Below, piece by piece: positions 1 to 8,809 of a stretch of DNA of 64,000 nt. A program made the translations under genes and the position numbers. Source of the stretch: Bacteroidales bacterium (GTDB lineage Bacteria; Bacteroidota; Bacteroidia; Bacteroidales; WCHB1-69); NCBI GenBank assembly GCA_017964255.1, contig JAGCSI010000146.1, forward strand, positions 5,860 to 69,859, written 5' to 3'. Each line of letters begins with the position of its first letter. Position 1 is the first letter of the stretch. Below the pieces are notes generated by a model, which searched no databases, was not told the DNA's origin, and was given only the letters and a program-made list of their open reading frames with translations.

Positions 1-660
1 ATCGTCAATAGCAAGGACCCCGAGCTGACCGCCTTGTTCAATTTGCCCTACACTACCCGTGTATTGGGCGCACAAACGGAAAATATTAATATGAATTCCA
101 ACTATGGTACTTCTGCTTATGTGGTTAAGCGCGACGGTACCATCGATTTTCCTGTATTGGGTGAAATTCCGGCGGGAGGCAAAACCCGCGACGAGCTCTC
201 AGCCTTTATCAAAAATGAGCTGATTTCCCAAGGCTTGGTTAACGACCCCGTGGTGACGGTGGAATTCATTAACCTTCAGTTTTCTGTCATGGGCGAGGTG
301 AGAACTCCGGGCTCGTACAAAATCACCCGTGACTATGTCACTATTTTGGACGCGCTTTCGATGGCGGGCGACTTGAACATCAACGGTAAGCGCGAGAATG
401 TGCTGGTGCTCCGTCCCGACTCTATCGGCAAGCTCACCGCCTATACGGTGGATATGCGCTCCTTCGCCAGCGTGCAGAACTCGCCGGTGTATTATATCCA
501 TCAGAACGATTACATCTACGTGGAACCCAACAAGAAGAAAGCCAACGAATCCACCGTCAATGCCAACACGGTGCAGTCCGCGGCCTTCTGGATTTCCGTC
601 GCCTCCTTCCTCGCCTCCGTGGCCTCAACGGTTTCCGTTATCGTCACAAGAGCGAAATAA
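1..660 (+). CDS. wza: Polysaccharide export outer-membrane protein, Wza/BexD family (C-terminal part; 5' end lies outside the window)
   Basis: Frame 1 is open from nt 1, and the listed ORF 34..660 is its in-window part. The sequence has export-protein-like segments (DGTIDFPVLGEIPAGGKT, VTVEFINLQFSVMGEVRTPG). It ends in a hydrophobic helix (FWISVASFLASVASTVSVIV) and sits directly upstream of a Wzc-type kinase. Confidence 0.8.
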   Translation: MVNSKDPELTALFNLPYTTRVLGAQTENINMNSNYGTSAYVVKRDGTIDFPVLGEIPAGGKTRDELSAFIKNELISQGLVNDPVVTVEFINLQFSVMGEVRTPGSYKITRDYVTILDALSMAGDLNINGKRENVLVLRPDSIGKLTAYTVDMRSFASVQNSPVYYIHQNDYIYVEPNKKKANESTVNANTVQSAAFWISVASFLASVASTVSVIVTRAK

Positions 661-835
661 GATTTCGGATGAGGTTAGGAAGGTTAGAAAGGTTAGGAAG
701 GTTAGAAGAGATTATGGATTTCGGATTTTGGATTTAATTCATCATCCATCATCCATCATCCAAAATCTCTAAAACCCTAAACATTAACCCTCCTAACCCT
801 CCTAACCCTCCTAACCCCCCTCACAATTCGTAAAC
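661..835. repeat. Low-complexity stutter spacer that forms a long imperfect inverted repeat
   Basis: GGTTAGRA units lie at 673-708, CATCATC x3 at 740-760 and the complementary CCCTCCTAA x3 at 788-814. The left and right halves are imperfect reverse complements. The spacer contains CCCTAA/TTAGG telomere-like units. Confidence 0.85.
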
Positions 836-855
836 AATAAATTCAAAAAAATATC

Positions 856-3381
856 ATGCAAGAGAATCAAAACGCAACAGCGAATAACATCGACCAGCAA
901 GAAGAGCAGGCCATAGACTTGAAGGCGATATTTTACCTTTGCCTTTCCAATTGGTATTGGTTCCTGATTTCGGTTATATTATGCTTGGCTATAGCCACCT
1001 TCTATCTGAAGAAGACCACACCGGTCTATACCCGTTCGGCCAAGGTGCTGGTGAAGTCCGACGACAAGGGACGCTCATCCATGAAAGTCAGCGATTTCTC
1101 GGATTTAGGACTTTTTACCAATGGCGTCAACATCAATAACGAGTTGCTCACCATCCAGTCCATCGACAATGTTGAGGAGGTGGTGCGCCGCCTGCAATTG
1201 GATAAAACATATAACGTTGATGGCCTGCTTCATTCGGTCTTGTTGTATGGGAGCAGTCTGCCTATCCAGGTGGAAATGCCGGGCATAGCCGATTATACTG
1301 CCCTTTCCTTTGATGTGAAAATCGAAGGGGCGAAGCTTACCCTGTCCGCATTCAAGTTGGATAAGGAAGAGAAAACAGGTTCCATTACAGCCAACTTGGG
1401 CGATACCGTCGCCACTCCGGTGGGTGTGCTTTGTGTGGTTCCCACCGAGTTTTTCAATCCTAAAAACCAGTACAAAACCATTCATTTCAAACGCTCGCCC
1501 ATCGGCATCACTGCTATGGGGTATGCCTCTAAGTTGACGGTGGCATTGGCGGCTAAGCAAACCGATGTGATGACCTTGACAATGAACGACATCTCCAAAC
1601 AGCGAGCGGATGATTTCATCAATATGCTGATTGCGGTGTACAATGGCAATTGGTTGAAAGACAAGAACCAGATTACGGTCAGCACTTCCATGTTTATCGA
1701 TGACCGTTTGCAGCTCATTGAAAAAGAATTGGGTTCAGTGGATGACGACATTTCCTCTTACAAGAGCGCCAACCTTTTGCCCGATGTGGCTGCGGTAACC
1801 GCTATTTCCTTGAACCAGAGCACCATTACCACCGACCGTATTCTGGACCTGAACAACCAGATTGCCATGACGCGTTATGTGCGCAATTATCTGGTCAATA
1901 TGGAGAAAAAGGACCAGCTTTTACCGGTGAATTCAGGGGTGGGCAATGCACAGATTGAAGGTCAGATAGCCGCGTACAACAACATGATGCTGAAACGCAA
2001 CAACTTGGCCGCCAACAGTAGCGAGCAGAGTCCCTTGGTGCGTGAGATGGACGACAATTTGGCCAACATGCGCCAGGCCATTGTGGCTACCCTTGACAAT
2101 CAGTTGGAAACTCTTAATACCCTTTTGGTGAGTTTCCAAGGTACCGGACGGCAAATCAACTCCCGCTTGGCAGCCAGTCCAGGTCAAGCCAAGTACCTGC
2201 TGTCGGTGGAGCGTCAGCAGAAGGTGAAAGAGTCGCTGTATCTGTTCCTTTTGCAGAAACGTGAGGAAAACGAGTTGTCGCAGGCCTTCACCGCTTACAA
2301 CACCCGCGTGATTGAGAAACCCAATGGCTCGCCTTATCCCACCAAGCCGAAAAAATCTATCATCAGATTAATCGCCATCGTTTTGGGTTTGGCCATTCCG
2401 GGCTTTATCTTGTTCATGATTGATTACCTGAACACTACCGTGCGTAGCCGTAAGGATCTGGAGAAACTGAGTGTGCCGCTCGTTGGCGAGATTCCTTTGG
2501 TGTATAATCCGGAGGAGGCCAAGAAGAATAAAAAGAAGAAAAAAGCGGTGCAGCATGATGGTCAGACCAATCCCGAGGGCTTTGCCAAGACTGTGGTAGT
2601 GAAACATGGCAGCCGTAACGTCATCAACGAGGCTTTCCGTGTGTTCCGTACCAATTTGGAATTCATGACCAAGAACAAAGAGAACAATGTTTTCATGTTC
2701 ACCTCTTTCAATCCGGGTTCCGGTAAATCCTTTATCGCCATCAACTCGGCCATCAGCTTGGCCATCAAGAAACGTAAGGTGCTGGTTATTGATGGAGACT
2801 TGCGTCACGCTTCCTTGTCTGCCTATATCTTCTCGCCTAAGAAGGGTATCGCTAATTACTTGGGCCGTCAGGAGGAGGATATTAATAAACTGATCATCCA
2901 GAGTGATGATTATCCTTATTTGAGCTATCTGCCCGTGGGTACCATTCCGCCCAACCCCACCGAGTTGCTGGAGGATGAACGTTTTGGTGAATTGATCAAG
3001 CGGTTGAAACAGGAATACGATTATGTGATGATTGACTGTCCGCCTATCGACATTGTGGCCGACCCGCAGATTATCAACAAGTATGTGGATCGTACCGTCT
3101 TTGTGGTGCGTGCCGGCCTGATGGAGCGCAGTCTCATCCCTGAACTGGAGAAACTCTACACCCAGCACAAATATGTCAACCTGTGCATGATGCTCAACGG
3201 CACCACCAGCTCCGATGGCCGCTATGGCTACCGTTACGGTTATCGCTACGGCTATCGTTATGGTTACCGCTACGGTTACAAATACGGCTATGGCTATCAC
3301 AACTCCTACTACGGCAATAACAGCGCCTACGGCGGCTACTACCACGAAGACGACGAAACAACAGAAGAGAAACAAAGTTAA
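856..3381 (+). CDS. wzc: Polysaccharide co-polymerase / tyrosine autokinase (Wzc/GumC-type, PCP-2a)
   Basis: 841 aa. There is an N-terminal TM (WYWFLISVILCLAIATFYL) and a second TM (IIRLIAIVLGLAIPGFILFMI). The motifs are Walker A FNPGSGKSF, A' VLVIDGDLRH and Walker B DYVMIDCPP. The C-terminal tail is Tyr-rich (RYGY x5, KYGYGY). Confidence 0.9.
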   Translation: MQENQNATANNIDQQEEQAIDLKAIFYLCLSNWYWFLISVILCLAIATFYLKKTTPVYTRSAKVLVKSDDKGRSSMKVSDFSDLGLFTNGVNINNELLTIQSIDNVEEVVRRLQLDKTYNVDGLLHSVLLYGSSLPIQVEMPGIADYTALSFDVKIEGAKLTLSAFKLDKEEKTGSITANLGDTVATPVGVLCVVPTEFFNPKNQYKTIHFKRSPIGITAMGYASKLTVALAAKQTDVMTLTMNDISKQRADDFINMLIAVYNGNWLKDKNQITVSTSMFIDDRLQLIEKELGSVDDDISSYKSANLLPDVAAVTAISLNQSTITTDRILDLNNQIAMTRYVRNYLVNMEKKDQLLPVNSGVGNAQIEGQIAAYNNMMLKRNNLAANSSEQSPLVREMDDNLANMRQAIVATLDNQLETLNTLLVSFQGTGRQINSRLAASPGQAKYLLSVERQQKVKESLYLFLLQKREENELSQAFTAYNTRVIEKPNGSPYPTKPKKSIIRLIAIVLGLAIPGFILFMIDYLNTTVRSRKDLEKLSVPLVGEIPLVYNPEEAKKNKKKKKAVQHDGQTNPEGFAKTVVVKHGSRNVINEAFRVFRTNLEFMTKNKENNVFMFTSFNPGSGKSFIAINSAISLAIKKRKVLVIDGDLRHASLSAYIFSPKKGIANYLGRQEEDINKLIIQSDDYPYLSYLPVGTIPPNPTELLEDERFGELIKRLKQEYDYVMIDCPPIDIVADPQIINKYVDRTVFVVRAGLMERSLIPELEKLYTQHKYVNLCMMLNGTTSSDGRYGYRYGYRYGYRYGYRYGYKYGYGYHNSYYGNNSAYGGYYHEDDETTEEKQS

Positions 3382-3493
3382 CAATTGACAGTTTTTTTCC
3401 GTTACTTTTCGCTTGATCGAAAAGTAACCAAAAGATCAATCCGACGGTAAGTGCAGCCGCACAGGCCCGTACCCCCCAAACCCATCATTCCCT

Positions 3494-4183
3494 ATGCTAT
3501 TCCCCAAAATAAACCAACTCCTCTCCAATTTCACCGACCATCACTCTCACATCCTGCCGGGGGTGGATGATGGGGTGAAGAAAATGGAAGTATCCCTGCA
3601 AGTGCTGGAAAAGTACGAGCAGTTGGGTATCGCTGAGGTGTGGTGTACGCCGCATACCATGGAAGATATTCCCAATACCACCGAGGAGCTCAAAAGTCGG
3701 TTTGCTGAGCTGTGCGAGGCCTATAAGGGTCCCATCAAGTTGCATCTGGCCTCTGAGTATATGATGGACGGACTTTTCGAGGAACGTTTGGAAGAGGGTA
3801 ATCTGCTGACCTTGGGTGAGGAGGGCAATCAGCTTCTGGTGGAGACTTCCTATTTCACCCCTCCTATCGACATGGATATTATCTTGCGCCGTATCCGACA
3901 AAAGGGATATTTCCCGGTACTGGCGCATCCCGAGCGTTATGTGTATATGAATAAAGATCGTTATCATGAACTCAAGGACGATGGTATTCGTTTCCAGCTC
4001 AACCTCTCTTCCATTGCCGGTGCTTACGGTCCCGATGTCAAAGCCAAAGCCCTCTGGCTCCTCAAAAAGCAATATTACGACCTTGCCGGCTCCGACTTGC
4101 ATTCGCTGAGGAATGTTTCTTTCTGGGAGGCACGTGCTCCTCGAGCCCTACGGAAATTCCTGGCTACGAGCTGTGGGCAATGA
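3494..4183 (+). CDS. cpsB: PHP-family protein-tyrosine phosphatase (CpsB/CapC/Wzh type)
   Basis: 229 aa. It has the N-terminal HSHILPGVDDG motif, followed by CTPH, LAHPERY and GSDLH metal-ligand-like motifs. It lies directly after the tyrosine kinase. Confidence 0.8.
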   Translation: MLFPKINQLLSNFTDHHSHILPGVDDGVKKMEVSLQVLEKYEQLGIAEVWCTPHTMEDIPNTTEELKSRFAELCEAYKGPIKLHLASEYMMDGLFEERLEEGNLLTLGEEGNQLLVETSYFTPPIDMDIILRRIRQKGYFPVLAHPERYVYMNKDRYHELKDDGIRFQLNLSSIAGAYGPDVKAKALWLLKKQYYDLAGSDLHSLRNVSFWEARAPRALRKFLATSCGQ

Positions 4184-4273
4184 GCAATGAGTGATGGTAT
4201 GAAGAAATCACTTCTGAAGGGATAGCTAAAAATTAAAAGATAAACGTAAACAATAATTTGCTATGATTCTATG

Positions 4274-4301
4274 GCTCACAGCTCATAGCTCATAGCTCAC
4301 A
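4274..4301. repeat. Heptamer stutter repeat GCTCAYA x4 (intergenic)
   Basis: The tandem run gctcaca gctcata gctcata gctcaca is read directly, just upstream of ugd. Confidence 0.8.
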
Positions 4302-4318
4302 ACAAACAATAAACAAAT

Positions 4319-5680
4319 ATGAAAATTTCAGTAGCAGGAACAGGCTATGTGGGCATGAGTATTGCCACTCTGCTCTCTCAACACAATGAAGTAACCGCTG
4401 TGGACGTGGTTCCAGAACGAGTTGACATGGTGAACCACAAAAAGTCACCTATCCAGGATGACTATATTGAGGACTTTTTGGCCCACAAACCCCTGACCAT
4501 CAGTGCCACCTTGGATCAAGAGGCGGGCTATCGCGATGCGGACTTTGTGGTCATTGCGGCTCCTACCAATTATGACCCTCAGAAGAATTTCTTCGATACC
4601 TCCGCAGTGGAAGCGGTCATTGATGCTGTGCTGAAGGTCAACCCCGATGCGGTGATGGTCATCAAGAGTACAATTCCGGTGGGATATACCCGTTCGCTGT
4701 ATGTGAAATACCACAAGCAGGGAGCAAAGAAGTTCAACTTGCTTTTCAGCCCTGAGTTCCTGCGCGAAAGCAAGGCCCTGTACGACAACCTTTATCCTTC
4801 CCGTATTATTGTGGGTATTCCGAAAATGATGAAGGGCAAGGATTATGAAGAGGAGAACGAAGCCATCAAAGCCCTCACCGATATCGACTGGATTAGCCAG
4901 AAAGCCCATCAGTTTGCCGACCTCCTCGTCGAAGGTGCTATTGCTCCATCCAAAGACAACTGTCAACTGTCAACTGTCAACTGTCAACTGAACAAGGGCA
5001 TCCCTGTCCTGTTCATGGGCATGAAAGAGGCCGAGGCCGTCAAACTTTTTGCCAACACCTATTTGGCTCTCCGTGTCAGCTACTTCAACGAGTTAGATAC
5101 TTACGCTGAAGTGAAAGGTTTGGATCCGCAGGCTATCATTGAGGGAGTGGGACTCGACCCCCGTATCGGTTCGCATTATAACAACCCCAGCTTCGGCTAT
5201 GGCGGCTACTGCCTGCCCAAGGATACCAAGCAGTTGCTGGCCAATTATGCCGATGTGCCCCAGAACATGATGAGCGCCATCGTGGAGAGCAACCGAACCC
5301 GTAAGGACTTCATTGCCGACCAGGTGCTGAAAATGGCTGGTTACTATGCTTATAGCGAGAATAATCAATTCAAAATTCAAAATTCAGAATTCAAAGTTCC
5401 GACTATCGGAGTGTACCGGTTGACCATGAAATCGAACAGCGATAACTTCCGTCAGTCGGCTATTCAGGGCATCATGAAGCGTATCAAGGCCAAGGGTGCC
5501 GAGGTGATTATTTATGAACCTACTTTGGAAGACGGCAGCACTTTCTTCGGTTCACAGGTGGTGAACGATTTGAACAAGTTCAAAGCTCAGAGCCAAGCCA
5601 TCATCGCCAACCGCTATGATAGTTGCTTGGATGATGTGAAGGAGAAGGTGTATACGAGGGATATTTTCAAAAGAGATTAG
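4319..5680 (+). CDS. ugd: UDP-glucose 6-dehydrogenase (copy 1)
   Basis: 453 aa. It has the N-terminal Rossmann motif [11 protein letters not shown] and the catalytic-region sequence [10 protein letters not shown]. It is highly similar to the second copy at 23720..25075. Confidence 0.9.
   Translation: MKISVAGTGYVGMSIATLLSQHNEVTAVDVVPERVDMVNHKKSPIQDDYIEDFLAHKPLTISATLDQEAGYRDADFVVIAAPTNYDPQKNFFDTSAVEAVIDAVLKVNPDAVMVIKSTIPVGYTRSLYVKYHKQGAKKFNLLFSPEFLRESKALYDNLYPSRIIVGIPKMMKGKDYEEENEAIKALTDIDWISQKAHQFADLLVEGAIAPSKDNCQLSTVNCQLNKGIPVLFMGMKEAEAVKLFANTYLALRVSYFNELDTYAEVKGLDPQAIIEGVGLDPRIGSHYNNPSFGYGGYCLPKDTKQLLANYADVPQNMMSAIVESNRTRKDFIADQVLKMAGYYAYSENNQFKIQNSEFKVPTIGVYRLTMKSNSDNFRQSAIQGIMKRIKAKGAEVIIYEPTLEDGSTFFGSQVVNDLNKFKAQSQAIIANRYDSCLDDVKEKVYTRDIFKRD
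4957..4990 (+). repeat. Tandem heptamer CAACTGT x ~4.9 inside the ugd coding sequence
   Basis: The run caactgt caactgt caactgt caactgt caactg is read directly and translates as [12 protein letters not shown]. The same TCAACTR unit recurs in the spacer at 5925-5952. Confidence 0.9.
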
Positions 5681-5717
5681 GTTAGAAGGTGAGAGGGTGA
5701 GAAGGTGAGAAGGTGAG
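5680..5717. repeat. Octamer stutter repeat GGTGAGAR x ~4.5 (intergenic)
   Basis: The sequence ggttagaaggtgagagggtgagaaggtgagaaggtgag starts at the ugd stop codon. Confidence 0.8.
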
Positions 5718-5924
5718 TGTTTAGGGGGAGTCTCGCTGTGCTCGAGGGGAGATTGAAATTAGCAAATTTGTAAATTAGTTAATTAGCAAATGAAGGTAAC
5801 TAATAAATTCGTCAAGACGTCAAGGCGTTAAGACATGCACTACGTGCATTCGGTTAGACGAATTTCGTCTCCCCGCCTCCACGAACGAGCGAAGCGAGTG
5901 TCTTTACGCCTTAACGTATAATTA

Positions 5925-5952
5925 TCAACTGTCAACTATCAATTATCAACTA
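5925..5952. repeat. Heptamer stutter repeat TCAAYTR x4 (intergenic, abuts the rfbA start)
   Basis: The sequence tcaactg tcaacta tcaatta tcaacta ends 2 nt before the ATG at 5955. Confidence 0.8.
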
Positions 5953-5954
5953 AT

Positions 5955-6842
5955 ATGAAAGGTATTGTTCTCGCCGGGGGTTCCGGCACCAGATTATATC
6001 CTATTACTAAGGGAGTGAGCAAGCAGCTCCTGCCCATCTACGACAAGCCGATGGTGTATTATCCCATCAGCGCGTTGATGCTGGCGGGGATCAGAGATAT
6101 TCTGATTATCTCCACCCCGTATGATTTGCCGGGCTTCAAGCGTTTGCTGGGCAACGGCTCCGACTATGGTGTGCATTTCGAGTATGCCGAGCAGCCATCT
6201 CCTGATGGTTTGGCACAAGCTTTTATCATTGGGGAGAAGTTCATTGGTGATGACTGCGCCTGTCTGGTCTTAGGTGATAACATCTTTTACGGTAATGGTT
6301 TTACCTCGTTATTACGCAATGCCGTCAAAGACGCAGAAGAAAACAACAAAGCCACCGTTTTCGGCTACTGGGTAGCCGACCCCGAGCGTTACGGTGTGGC
6401 TGAGTTCGACAAGCAGGGCAATTGCTTGAGTATCGAAGAGAAACCAAAAGAACCCAAGAGCAATTACGCCGTGGTGGGGCTTTATTTTTATCCCAATAAG
6501 GTGGTGGAGGTGGCCAAGACTATCAAGCCGAGCGCAAGAGGAGAGTTGGAGATTACCACCGTCAACCAGCGTTTTCTGGAAGATGGCGAGTTGAAGGTAC
6601 AGACCCTTGGACGGGGATTTGCATGGCTTGACACAGGCACTCACGACAGTTTGGCTGAGGCGTCCACCTTTGTGGAGGTCATTGAGAAACGTCAGGGTCT
6701 CAAGGTGGCATGCCTCGAAGGCATCGCCTACCGCCATGGCTGGATTACCGAAGACAAAATGCGCCAGTTGGCCCAGCCGATGCTGAAGAACCAATACGGG
6801 CAGTACCTGTTGAAAGTGATAGAGGAGTTGAGAGGGGAGTGA
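5955..6842 (+). CDS. rfbA: Glucose-1-phosphate thymidylyltransferase
   Basis: 295 aa. It has the N-terminal [18 protein letters not shown] motif, and LGDNIFYG and [10 protein letters not shown] are typical of RmlA/RfbA. Confidence 0.92.
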   Translation: MKGIVLAGGSGTRLYPITKGVSKQLLPIYDKPMVYYPISALMLAGIRDILIISTPYDLPGFKRLLGNGSDYGVHFEYAEQPSPDGLAQAFIIGEKFIGDDCACLVLGDNIFYGNGFTSLLRNAVKDAEENNKATVFGYWVADPERYGVAEFDKQGNCLSIEEKPKEPKSNYAVVGLYFYPNKVVEVAKTIKPSARGELEITTVNQRFLEDGELKVQTLGRGFAWLDTGTHDSLAEASTFVEVIEKRQGLKVACLEGIAYRHGWITEDKMRQLAQPMLKNQYGQYLLKVIEELRGE

Positions 6843-6957
6843 TGAGCGGTGAGCTGTGAGCAATGAGGTGAGAAGGTTAGGAGGTTAATGTTTAGGGTTT
6901 AGAGTTTAATGGTTAGGAAGGTTAGGAAGGTTATGGATGATGGATTTTGGGTGATGG
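6843..6957. repeat. Stutter spacer of the same family as 661-835, in inverted orientation
   Basis: It contains GGTGAGAA/GGTTAGGA units, TTTAGGG and GGATGATGG. Positions 6883-6904 match the reverse complement of 767-789 with a one-base indel. Confidence 0.8.
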
Positions 6958-7047
6958 AAAGTTGAAATTTAATAGTTTGAATTTATTTGTTAAGAAAAAT
7001 AATATTAAAAAATCATAAAAAACATTGGATATTTGAAAAATAAATTG

Positions 7048-7055
7048 TACTTTTG
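7048..7055 (+). promoter_or_regulatory. Candidate Bacteroidetes -7 promoter box (TAnnTTTG)
   Basis: TACTTTTG matches the TAnnTTTG consensus. It lies about 80 nt upstream of the ATG at 7133, at the start of the AT-rich island. Confidence 0.4.
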
Positions 7056-7132
7056 CGTTTGTAAATAAAGTGTTTTTGTCTTTTAGTACAATTTGTACAG
7101 TGCAAGCTATAGGAAAAAATGTTAATCAGAAT

Positions 7133-8167
7133 ATGATAGAGGGTATAACTATAAATAATTTCAGAGGAATCCATACGTGTAAGATTGACGGCTTGTCGCA
7201 GGTGAATCTTTTCTTTGGAAAGAATAATTGCGGTAAGTCATCACTGCTTGAAGCTGTTTTTTTGGTATGTGGACAGTCGAATCCTCTTTTGCCAGCCTCC
7301 ATCAATGCTATGAGAACATATAACCGTATCTCTGAACAAGATATACGCTATTTCTTCTACAAAATGGACATCTCCAGAGAAATTTCTATTTCTACTTATG
7401 GCGGCCAGGAAAGACACCTCGCTATTTCTGCTTTTCAGCAAATGTCCAATGTGGATGTCAACAGCATCTCAACGGAACTTCTTCATCAGTATGGCCTGAA
7501 AATGAGATTCAGCACTAACGAAGGCGAATATAATTCAGAAGTACAATACGATACGCACGATCCTAATAAGATAGAGCAAAAGTCACAGGTTGATTCAAGA
7601 TATGTTGAGAAGTTGAAATGTATGTATCTGAGTCCCCGTTACGACTCAAATGCTTCTTTGGAGGGACTTCAGAATATTTACTTGAACAAAGACGAAGAAT
7701 TTCTCGCCGCGGCATTAAAGCTATTGGAACCGGCAGCCAAAGACCCCGTTTTTATTGAGAACGTTATGCTTGTTGATGTTGGATTGTCACAGAGAATCCC
7801 CATCAATCTTATGGGTGATGGTATCAGAAAGATAGTTTCTTTTTTGACCAGTATCTATGCTTGTCGGGGTGGTGTGGTTCTCTTCGATGAACTCAGTAAC
7901 GGTTTCCATCATTCGGTGATGAAACCTATGTGGGACATTGTGATTCGCGCTGCCGTGAAAAACGATGTGCAGGTTTTTGCCACCACCCACGACGAGGATT
8001 CCATTCGTGGATTCCAACAGGCGGCATTTGATTTTTCAAATGAGAAAGGGAAAGAAGTGGCTTCAGGTTTCAAGCTTCAGAAGATAAAAGACGATGAATT
8101 GAAGGAATATCGCTTCTCAATCAACCAGATTGGTTATGCGATGGAACAGGAAATGGAGATTAGATAG
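7133..8167 (+). CDS. ABC-type (AAA_15/AAA_21-like) ATPase, defence-associated architecture
   Basis: The preferred start is the ATG at 7133 (MIEGITINNFRG) rather than the GTG at 7070. The motifs are Walker A GKNNCGKSS, signature-like MGDGIRK, Walker B VVLFDELSNGFH and H-loop ATTHD. Confidence 0.75.
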   Translation: MIEGITINNFRGIHTCKIDGLSQVNLFFGKNNCGKSSLLEAVFLVCGQSNPLLPASINAMRTYNRISEQDIRYFFYKMDISREISISTYGGQERHLAISAFQQMSNVDVNSISTELLHQYGLKMRFSTNEGEYNSEVQYDTHDPNKIEQKSQVDSRYVEKLKCMYLSPRYDSNASLEGLQNIYLNKDEEFLAAALKLLEPAAKDPVFIENVMLVDVGLSQRIPINLMGDGIRKIVSFLTSIYACRGGVVLFDELSNGFHHSVMKPMWDIVIRAAVKNDVQVFATTHDEDSIRGFQQAAFDFSNEKGKEVASGFKLQKIKDDELKEYRFSINQIGYAMEQEMEIR

Positions 8168-8176
8168 GTAAAAATT

Positions 8177-8809
8177 ATGGTTCAGATTTTTATAGAAGGA
8201 CATGATAAAAAGGTTCCAGAAAGCGAATTCCTCAGTGCGATATTGAAGCATTTAGGTGTGCCTTCTGATAGATATGAGATTATGCCTACCAATGGCTATA
8301 AGAACCTTATGGATTCGGATGATGCATCCAATATAGGGTTAATGCGAGCCAATACTGATGTTGGTGGTAAAAATCTTGTTGTTTTTGATGCTGATACTGC
8401 TGATAATAATGGAGGATACGATGTTAGAAGAAATGAGCTGTTGAAGCGCAAGGAAGAATTGGGATTAGAGTTCGACCTCTTCCTCTGGCCTGATAATAAG
8501 AGTGATGGTGATGTGGAGGTGTTGATGGAAAGTATTGCCAGAAAGGATCTTTACCCCGAGTTCTTTGATTGCTTCGGTAAATATGAACATTGTGTCTCTC
8601 AACGAAAAAACGAAGACGGAAGTTGTTTCTATACTACACCAAACCGAAAGGGAAAACTGCATACCTATTTCAATTCAATTCCTATCTCCAAAATCAAGAA
8701 GAATAAGTTTGGCAGAGGAGAATGGTTATGGGAAGATAAGAATATTTGGAATCTTGATGCCGAATCGCTGAAACCCATCAAGGAGTTCTTGTTATCTAAT
8801 TTAATGTAA
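8177..8809 (+). CDS. Toprim-like small protein (DUF3226/DUF4276/RloB-like class)
   Basis: 210 aa. An N-terminal IFIEG (conserved Glu) and a later VVFDADT (DxD) fit a Toprim-type acidic signature. It lies 9 nt after the ATPase. Confidence 0.5.
   Translation: MVQIFIEGHDKKVPESEFLSAILKHLGVPSDRYEIMPTNGYKNLMDSDDASNIGLMRANTDVGGKNLVVFDADTADNNGGYDVRRNELLKRKEELGLEFDLFLWPDNKSDGDVEVLMESIARKDLYPEFFDCFGKYEHCVSQRKNEDGSCFYTTPNRKGKLHTYFNSIPISKIKKNKFGRGEWLWEDKNIWNLDAESLKPIKEFLLSNLM

Noticed and set aside
398-772. 124-aa + strand ORF running from inside wza into the stutter spacer
   Set aside because: It is out of frame with wza, and its tail (VRKVRKVRKVRR) is only a translation of the tandem repeat.
760-820. 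CCCTAA/TTAGG-type units considered as a functional telomere or protelomerase site
   Set aside because: The tracts are internal, short and imperfect, and they are embedded between co-transcribed genes. The resemblance to eukaryotic telomere repeats is most simply compositional.
2368-3384. 338-aa minus-strand ORF antisense to wzc
   Set aside because: It lies wholly inside a strongly supported + strand gene. Its sequence is low-complexity (a mirror image of the Tyr-rich tail repeat) and it has no motifs. It looks like a typical shadow ORF.
3401-3428. Perfect 11-bp hairpin (GTTACTTTTCG-CTTGAT-CGAAAAGTAAC) after wzc, considered as an intrinsic terminator
   Set aside because: The T7 run precedes the stem on the + strand rather than following it, and on the minus strand an A-run follows the stem. 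It therefore fits no canonical terminator in either direction. It may still be an RNA stability element.
661-6960. Short tandem repeats considered as a CRISPR array
   Set aside because: The units are 7-9 nt and directly abutting, with no ~30-nt spacers. No repeat-spacer periodicity and no cas genes occur anywhere in the window.
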